This document shows, one piece after another, positions 58,907 through 64,000 of a DNA stretch of 64,000 bases. The translations under genes and the position numbers were made by a program. The stretch's first letter is position 1, and the number at the start of each line of letters is the position of its first letter. The stretch spans positions 511-64,510 of IMG/VR virus record IMGVR_UViG_3300032219_000688. One strand, 5' to 3'. Below the pieces are notes generated by a model. It was not told where the DNA came from. It ran no database searches and saw only the letters and a list, made by a program, of their open reading frames with translations. This DNA comes from a virus. Taxonomy: Duplodnaviria; Caudoviricetes.

Positions 58907-59487
58907 TGGAATGGAAACTTTTTCATGGAGACACACATGAGTATGCATCAGCCGAATGGTATTCGGGAAGAGAAGCGGCACATCACCTAGAGCAATTTGA
59001 CCATGGGGAAAGGCTTAGAGAGACTGCAAAAGTTGTTCAACTTGCAATTGACAACGGTGCTAAAACTTTAGTTGACCTTGGTTGCGGTGATGGTGGACTA
59101 CTTCAATTAATAAAAGATTTTAAAATCATTTCCTGGGGATATGACCTAATGCAATCCAATGTTGATTATGCTGTTAATGTTAGAGGAGTAGATGCAAGGT
59201 ATACTGATTTTAACAATGATGATTCGATTGACTATGGCGACATATCTGTTTTTGCAGAAGTACTTGAGCACATGGAAAATCCACACCACGTTATTAAAAA
59301 CTTAAAGTCAAAGTATATTATTGCCAGCAGTCCGTATAATGAAAATGATTTAAATCATTATGAATTTCATTTATGGGCTTGGGACCAAGAAGGATATAAA
59401 AAACTTTTGGAAGACAATGGCTATAAAATTATCTATTCTGCAACAGCCGCTGGTTGGTCACAAATTTTATTAGGAATAAAAAATTGA
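58906..59487 (+). CDS. Class I SAM-dependent methyltransferase
   Basis: VDLGCGDG and AEVLEHMENP. Confidence 0.85.
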   Translation: MEWKLFHGDTHEYASAEWYSGREAAHHLEQFDHGERLRETAKVVQLAIDNGAKTLVDLGCGDGGLLQLIKDFKIISWGYDLMQSNVDYAVNVRGVDARYTDFNNDDSIDYGDISVFAEVLEHMENPHHVIKNLKSKYIIASSPYNENDLNHYEFHLWAWDQEGYKKLLEDNGYKIIYSATAAGWSQILLGIKN

Positions 59488-60350
59488 AAATTTTAATTAC
59501 AGGGCATTGTGGCTTCGTTGGTAAATACTTTGTAGAGAAGTATAAAGACCATGACATCACAGGCGTAGACATTGTTGAAGGAATAGATGTTCGTGAGTTC
59601 TTTAAGACTAATAGAGAGAGTTATGATTTAGTTATTCATCTTGCTGCTATCGTTGGCGGTAGAGCAACCATTGAAGGCAATCCCCTATCAGTAGCAACAG
59701 ACCTAGCAATAGACTCAGACTTCTTTAACTGGGCATTAATAACAAGACCAGGACGCATTGTATATTTTAGTTCTAGTGCTGCCTATCCTACAAAGTTCCA
59801 AGGCAACGAAGACTGGGTAAGGCTAGAAGAATCAATGATTGATTTAGATGACATTAGTAACCCAGACCTAACCTATGGTTGGAGCAAACTAACAGGAGAA
59901 TACCTTGCTAAGTTTGTTCAAGAGGCTGGCATACCTGTTCACATCTTTAGACCGTTCTCTGGCTATGGCACAGACCAGTCGTTAGACTATCCGTTCCCTA
60001 GTTACATTAAGAGGGCTGTGGACCGCATGGACCCATTTGAAATCTGGGGAGATGGGGAACAGACCAGAGACTTTATCCACATGTCTGACGTTGTTGATGC
60101 AGTTGATGAAGCAATCAGACAAGACATCCAGGGACCAATCAATCTGGGCTGGGGTCGTAGGACTACGTTCAATGAGTTAGCCAAGATAGTTACTGAAATT
60201 GAGGGGTATTCACCAGAGTTCAAACATCTACCAGCAGCACCAGTAGGAGTTCTAAACCGTATAGCCAATCCAACCAAGATGCTATCATTCTATACACCAA
60301 AGATTACTTTGGAAGAAGGTATCGAAAGGGCACTAAAAGGAATTGTCTAA
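59484..60350 (+). CDS. NAD-dependent nucleotide-sugar epimerase/dehydratase (extended SDR)
   Basis: ITGHCGFVG, HLAA, SSSAAY, YGWSK, RPFSGYG and RDFIH; likely TTG start at 59484. Confidence 0.88.
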   Translation: MKILITGHCGFVGKYFVEKYKDHDITGVDIVEGIDVREFFKTNRESYDLVIHLAAIVGGRATIEGNPLSVATDLAIDSDFFNWALITRPGRIVYFSSSAAYPTKFQGNEDWVRLEESMIDLDDISNPDLTYGWSKLTGEYLAKFVQEAGIPVHIFRPFSGYGTDQSLDYPFPSYIKRAVDRMDPFEIWGDGEQTRDFIHMSDVVDAVDEAIRQDIQGPINLGWGRRTTFNELAKIVTEIEGYSPEFKHLPAAPVGVLNRIANPTKMLSFYTPKITLEEGIERALKGIV

Positions 60351-61029
60351 GATAGGACTCGTAATACCATGGAGACCAACTCCAAGTAGATTAAAACCAT
60401 TAGATGCAGTTCTAAAATGGTATCAAACTAATTTACCAGACATTGAGGTATTTTATAGCGACAGACCAGGGGATAGATGGAATGCTGCAGCCAGTCGTAA
60501 TGATGGTGTAAAAAGGGCACAGGAGGCTCACTGTGACGTTATTATTCTTAATGACGCAGATACACTACCCGAAATTGAACCTTTATTAGAAGCAATAGAA
60601 CAATGCAAAACTGATGGACTTGTTCACAGCCCCTATGACAAATGTAAGTATATAGATATTGAAATGAGTGAACTCTACTATGCTGGCAAGGATATTAAAT
60701 TACTTAAACATACATTATTTAGTCCAGCAACAGGTGGTGTATGGGTTTGTACACCAGAAGCATGGTGGAGTGTTTATGGAATGGATGAAAAATTTCAACA
60801 GTGGGGACCAGAGGATGCCGCTTTTGATATCTCTCATAGAATAATTAAGGGAGTTCCTTTAGTTCCACACGAAGGATATATTTATTGTCTTGGTCATACT
60901 CATCAGATTCACGATGAAGGCTTTATGCAAAGTCAACAGTTTAACACAACATTGTGGAATCTTTATCTTGCTGCCAAAACTCCAGGAAGAATTAAATGGA
61001 TAGTCAATACAAAAAACATTTATGAATAA
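60343..61029 (+). CDS. Glycosyltransferase (GT-A fold, GT2/GT7-like)
   Basis: LVIPWR, SRNDG, LNDAD and GMDEKFQQWGPED. Confidence 0.82.
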   Translation: MSKIGLVIPWRPTPSRLKPLDAVLKWYQTNLPDIEVFYSDRPGDRWNAAASRNDGVKRAQEAHCDVIILNDADTLPEIEPLLEAIEQCKTDGLVHSPYDKCKYIDIEMSELYYAGKDIKLLKHTLFSPATGGVWVCTPEAWWSVYGMDEKFQQWGPEDAAFDISHRIIKGVPLVPHEGYIYCLGHTHQIHDEGFMQSQQFNTTLWNLYLAAKTPGRIKWIVNTKNIYE

Positions 61030-61048
61030 AGGTAGTTATACTTATATT

Positions 61049-61255
61049 ATGAACTGTTCATTGTGTGAAGAACTTTTAGTTCCAATTGTTTACGGATTCC
61101 CAACTTACGAGCAGATAATGACTGCTAAGGAAGACAAGATTGTTTTAGGCGGATTGCCTAGACCTCTTGCTCCAACTCATTTTTGTATTCCTTGTCAGGA
61201 AGAGTATCGTCTGGATGGGGACATTCACACACCCAAGTTTTCTCATAATAACTAA
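61049..61255 (+). CDS. Small Zn-binding protein
   Basis: CSLC...IVYG.P...LGG...HFCIPC; apparently leaderless after TATACT (61037-61042). Confidence 0.65.
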   Translation: MNCSLCEELLVPIVYGFPTYEQIMTAKEDKIVLGGLPRPLAPTHFCIPCQEEYRLDGDIHTPKFSHNN

Positions 61256-61316
61256 TAATCTTTTTACAGTTCCAGTGATGTCCAGTCATGCAAAACCCAC
61301 AAATTCTAATTTCCAA
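61158..61316 (-). CDS. Unannotated 52-aa Cys/His-rich protein, antisense-overlapping 61049-61255
   Basis: Manual translation (TTG)EIRICGFCMTGHHWNCKKIISYYEKTWVCECPHPDDTLPDKEYKNELEQEV; its start overlaps the stop of the upstream minus-strand gene. Confidence 0.65.
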   Translation of the reverse strand: MEIRICGFCMTGHHWNCKKIISYYEKTWVCECPHPDDTLPDKEYKNELEQEV

Positions 61317-61680
61317 TTTGATGCTCTACAATGTGTGATAGTTTAATTAGGTATCCTTTAGATGGGTTTGGCTCAATGTTGCACTTAATGGCTCTGCCAT
61401 TCTTTTCTACAACAGCCTTCAAATCTTCGGTGGTAGTAATGACAACCATGTTCTCAAGAACAAAAGCATAGTGAGTAGCCTTAGATACACTAAGACCAGA
61501 TGGTTTCCAAGACTGAGAAGCATTATACCAACAATCAGTTTCAATGTATAGGTTGCCTGTTTCTTTCCAACGCTTATCACGCTTCACCTCTACTGTCTCT
61601 ATGGACAGGATGTTTGCTACTGTTGCTTCGCCTTGCTGACCAAACTTTAGGTCAATATCAAAATCGCTATTGGCTGGCAT
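61306..61680 (-). CDS. PD-(D/E)XK-like nuclease-fold protein (putative)
   Basis: FDIDLKFGQQGE...VEVKRD...TGNLYIE...SGLSVSKA. Confidence 0.5.
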   Translation of the reverse strand: MPANSDFDIDLKFGQQGEATVANILSIETVEVKRDKRWKETGNLYIETDCWYNASQSWKPSGLSVSKATHYAFVLENMVVITTTEDLKAVVEKNGRAIKCNIEPNPSKGYLIKLSHIVEHQIGN

Positions 61681-61681
61681 A

Positions 61682-61789
61682 TTAAGCCCTAACTAGTTTA
61701 CGTTTGATTGGGTCAAATTTAAGTGGATGCTTCTTAGAAGCCTTACCATTCTGTCTGTTGCTGTTTCTTGCACCTTTTGCTTTAGCCAT
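61682..61789 (-). CDS. 35-aa highly basic peptide (below the ORF-track cutoff)
   Basis: MAKAKGARNSNRQNGKASKKHPLKFDPIKRKLVRA; SD GAGGA; TAATG-coupled. Confidence 0.65.
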   Translation of the reverse strand: MAKAKGARNSNRQNGKASKKHPLKFDPIKRKLVRA

Positions 61790-61989
61790 TATAGGTCCTC
61801 TCTAACCATCATCATGGCTGTCATCATTGCAGTAAATACTCCAGCAATGGTTTCGCTTATAGCGACAATAGTTCTATCATATCCTATTGCACTGAATAGA
61901 ATAAGCAGGGGTATTTGGGAACTAAGCCATAGTAATCCCCATGTAATAATAAATGTTAATCTTTGTCTAGCCATTACCACCAACTCCAT
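61789..61989 (-). CDS. Small two-TM membrane protein
   Basis: Hydrophobic 66-aa ORF in the minus-strand operon. Confidence 0.55.
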   Translation of the reverse strand: MELVVMARQRLTFIITWGLLWLSSQIPLLILFSAIGYDRTIVAISETIAGVFTAMMTAMMMVREDL

Positions 61990-62165
61990 TCATTCTCTTC
62001 GTTTTCTTCTAAATCTCTAAAAGTTTTAATAATCATTTGGGTCTTTCTAACATGGTATCCCATTTGGATAATGTCAAGACCAGTAACCTCTACCTCATCG
62101 CCATCGTCTAGCGTAACCACATAGGTGCGGTCAGGGATAATTACAAAGCGTGTTTTATTTGGCAT
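61974..62165 (-). CDS. Hypothetical protein (63 aa)
   Basis: TGG-TATAAT on the minus strand (62171-62179) lies 5 nt before the ATG. Confidence 0.6.
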   Translation of the reverse strand: MPNKTRFVIIPDRTYVVTLDDGDEVEVTGLDIIQMGYHVRKTQMIIKTFRDLEENEENEWSWW

Positions 62166-62179
62166 AATTTATTATACCA

Positions 62180-62527
62180 TCAATCAATCGGAATATCGTT
62201 AGGATGGATAGAGTTTATGCCAGCCTTTGTATAAATGTTTCTGGCTCCAGTGTTATCGTCAATGGCAAGGGTAGCATCTGAAAGTTTCTCAGCACACTCA
62301 GCCTTCCATTTGTTAGTAAATTTATAGTTATATGGATTAAGAAGAAGACTGTTATACTTTAGACCAGCATCTTTTAGAGCCTTCTCTGTCTCTGCTCTCA
62401 TGCTTCGGCTTCTTCCACTAATCACAATCACCTTGGTATTAAGTGAATTAATATAATCAATGGTCTTTTGGATTGGTGTAGAACTCATGTGTTCTAGGAC
62501 GGTATCGTCAATATCTGTAATAATCAT
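62180..62527 (-). CDS. Stand-alone HAD phosphatase (PNKP-phosphatase-like)
   Basis: ITDIDDTV, VISGR, WK and AIDD; minus-strand TGG-TATACT at 62534-62542. Confidence 0.8.
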   Translation of the reverse strand: MIITDIDDTVLEHMSSTPIQKTIDYINSLNTKVIVISGRSRSMRAETEKALKDAGLKYNSLLLNPYNYKFTNKWKAECAEKLSDATLAIDDNTGARNIYTKAGINSIHPNDIPID

Positions 62528-62597
62528 ATATCCAGTATACCAGCAAAAGTTCGGTTTGTAAAGAGTAAAATCGGGCGGAAATATGAGGTCTTAACGC

Positions 62598-62626
62598 TTG
62601 ACAAGCAAGCGATTATCCTGTACAAT
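62598..62626 (+). promoter_or_regulatory. Consensus promoter, divergent from the minus-strand operon
   Basis: TTGACA (62598-62603), 17 nt, TACAAT (62621-62626). Confidence 0.75.
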
Positions 62627-62659
62627 TGATGTATAAGGTCCATTAAACGATAGGAACGT

Positions 62660-63190
62660 ATGCAAACCTTTTTACCATATAAAGACTTTGATAAGTCTGC
62701 ACAAGCCCTAGACAATAAAAGATTAAATAAACAAGTATTAGAGTCTTACCAGATTCTTAAGGTGTTGTCTAATGATGACCCACATGCTGCTTGGCGTAAT
62801 CATCCTGCTGTTAAGATGTGGCGTAACCACGAAGGTCAGTTGTGGCTATATACTATGGCTATGGTTAAAGAAGCAGATATCCGTGGCATTAAGACTGATA
62901 AGAACATGGAGAACCTTACTAATCTTAAGGCTGTTGCTGGCGATAACTGGGGGTATTCAATTCCTAGATGGTATAAGAATCCATTTGCATTAAGTAGACT
63001 TACTACTAGCCATAAGGCTAACCTATATACTAAGGACCCTATATATTACTTTGAGTTCTTTAGTTCACTAGAAGATAGCAACCCTTGTTGCCCTGAGCGT
63101 AGAGAACCTTGTAAGTATTATTGGGTTGCACATGACCCACTATTTAAGGAGGACCATGAAGTTACCAAAGTTTTTCAGATGGCGAGTTAG
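62660..63190 (+). CDS. Pyrimidine-dimer DNA glycosylase-like protein (DenV-related)
   Basis: MQTFLPY...LDNKRLNKQVLE..QI...HPAVKMW...SHKANL..KD..YY. Confidence 0.78.
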   Translation: MQTFLPYKDFDKSAQALDNKRLNKQVLESYQILKVLSNDDPHAAWRNHPAVKMWRNHEGQLWLYTMAMVKEADIRGIKTDKNMENLTNLKAVAGDNWGYSIPRWYKNPFALSRLTTSHKANLYTKDPIYYFEFFSSLEDSNPCCPERREPCKYYWVAHDPLFKEDHEVTKVFQMAS

Positions 63191-63395
63191 ACTAGTTCAG
63201 CAAGGATATGATAAAGGCTGGGAGCATGGCTATGAAGCAGGTATGGTTGAGCAGAAGAATCAAATTATAGATTTGTTGTCTAGTCATATTGAGAAGATTG
63301 ACTGGCTACAGGAAACACCGATAGAAGTGAAAGATATTTTGCCTATCGTAAAGAACCACGAAGAAGATAAGGAGTTAGTGGGATGGGAAGACTAA
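63156..63395 (+). CDS. Hypothetical protein with G-x3-G repeats
   Basis: SD AAGGAGG before ATG 63156; GYDKGWEHGYEAG. Confidence 0.65.
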   Translation: MKLPKFFRWRVRLVQQGYDKGWEHGYEAGMVEQKNQIIDLLSSHIEKIDWLQETPIEVKDILPIVKNHEEDKELVGWED

Positions 63396-63589
63396 AAGAT
63401 ATAGATGTAGAGATGCATGAGTTATCTGATTTTGAGAAGGGCGTTCAGTTTGAGAGAGAACGTATCCTAAACATTCTTTCTAACAAAGGTTTAGAGTTAG
63501 AGAAAGATGTCTCTTGTGATGATGAAGCATCACACATAAGATATGTATTTATGATAGATATCCTAGAACTTCTTAGGGGGTATAGATGA
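63383..63589 (+). CDS. Hypothetical protein (68 aa)
   Basis: Overlaps both neighbours; FEKGVQFERERIL. Confidence 0.6.
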   Translation: MGRLKDIDVEMHELSDFEKGVQFERERILNILSNKGLELEKDVSCDDEASHIRYVFMIDILELLRGYR

Positions 63590-63792
63590 TTAAGGTAGAG
63601 AACGATATGCTTGTCCTAGACAGTACCTTTACCAAGGAAGATGTCCAGGCTATTGATGAGTTTGTTAATATTAATATAGATAGAGAACGTCAAAGACTTA
63701 TAGCATTACTGCATGACTATGGCACAATGAACTACATTTCAGAGTCAACCTATCACGAACTTGTTGCTCTGATAACAGACTCAGTATATTAA
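63586..63792 (+). CDS. Hypothetical protein (68 aa)
   Basis: ATGA overlap; DRERQRLIALL. Confidence 0.6.
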   Translation: MIKVENDMLVLDSTFTKEDVQAIDEFVNINIDRERQRLIALLHDYGTMNYISESTYHELVALITDSVY

Positions 63793-63864
63793 TAAAAATT
63801 TCGGGGAATAGAAGAAGCCTTCGTAATCCCTAGTATAAAATAAACCTAGTAGAAAGAATAACAC

Positions 63865-64000
63865 ATGAGCAGATATGTACACACATTCAAATATAATAAA
63901 CTAACACAAGGAACAAGAAAGTATAGCCCTATCAGGATAAAGTTCTGGCTATGGGGCTTCGGATTTACCTATGAAACAAAGAAAACTCTAGGTGGATTTG
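63865..64000 (+). CDS. Hypothetical protein, 3'-truncated by the window edge
   Basis: ATG 63865 with an open frame to the end of the window. Confidence 0.45.
   Translation, partial: MSRYVHTFKYNKLTQGTRKYSPIRIKFWLWGFGFTYETKKTLGGF

Noticed and set aside
63793-63864. Intergenic stretch near the window end as an origin or ncRNA
   Set aside because: No iterons, stable hairpin or consensus promoter could be identified with confidence.
1-64000. Genome-wide stop-codon reassignment to explain the two in-frame TAAs
   Set aside because: TAA ends most genes, often as TAATG overlaps. TAG and TGA also act as normal stops, and none of the three tRNAs is a suppressor.
1-64000. Prophage or temperate lifestyle
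   Set aside because: No integrase, repressor cassette, att-like repeat or flanking host genes in the window; lifestyle cannot be decided from this slice.

Overview
This is a 64-kb slice of a large, AT-rich tailed phage genome with a siphovirus-like layout. WhiB, DnaE, the actinophage-style SSB/Cas4/RuvC block and many apparently leaderless genes point to an actinobacterial host; that assignment is inference. Gene order: 3' part of a class II RNR; head genes (portal, protease/scaffold, capsid); neck, tail tube and two paralogous tail chaperones; a ~3,500-codon tape measure protein (TMP); tail-tip genes; replication and recombination genes (DnaB, DnaG, SSB, DnaE, MazG-like, RecA, Cas4-like, RuvC-like); terminase; a PA14-domain surface protein; three tRNAs; an M23 endolysin; WhiB; GroES; a glycosyltransferase/methyltransferase/epimerase cluster; and a short minus-strand block. 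I saw no integrase, CRISPR array, intein or reverse transcriptase. The strongest candidate for an undescribed system lies inside the TMP. About 1,400 residues form five cassettes, each delimited by a recurring [LMY]A-x-GG-x-x-PG[YF] motif and bracketed by a 55-aa direct repeat. They include a clear HAD phosphatase, an atypical kinase-like domain and an ADP-ribosyltransferase-like domain. Other highlights: (1) the gpG/gpGT frameshift appears to be replaced by two paralogous genes; (2) two virion genes carry in-frame TAA stops in the same AAA-NCA-TAA context; (3) a ~70-aa beta module recurs across tail proteins; (4) matched hexapeptide repeats flank the PA14 domain; (5) promoters are embedded in coding sequence; (6) GATC and AGCT are strongly avoided; (7) an unannotated antisense Zn-binding mini-gene is present. 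All domain calls come from motifs read by eye; no searches were run.
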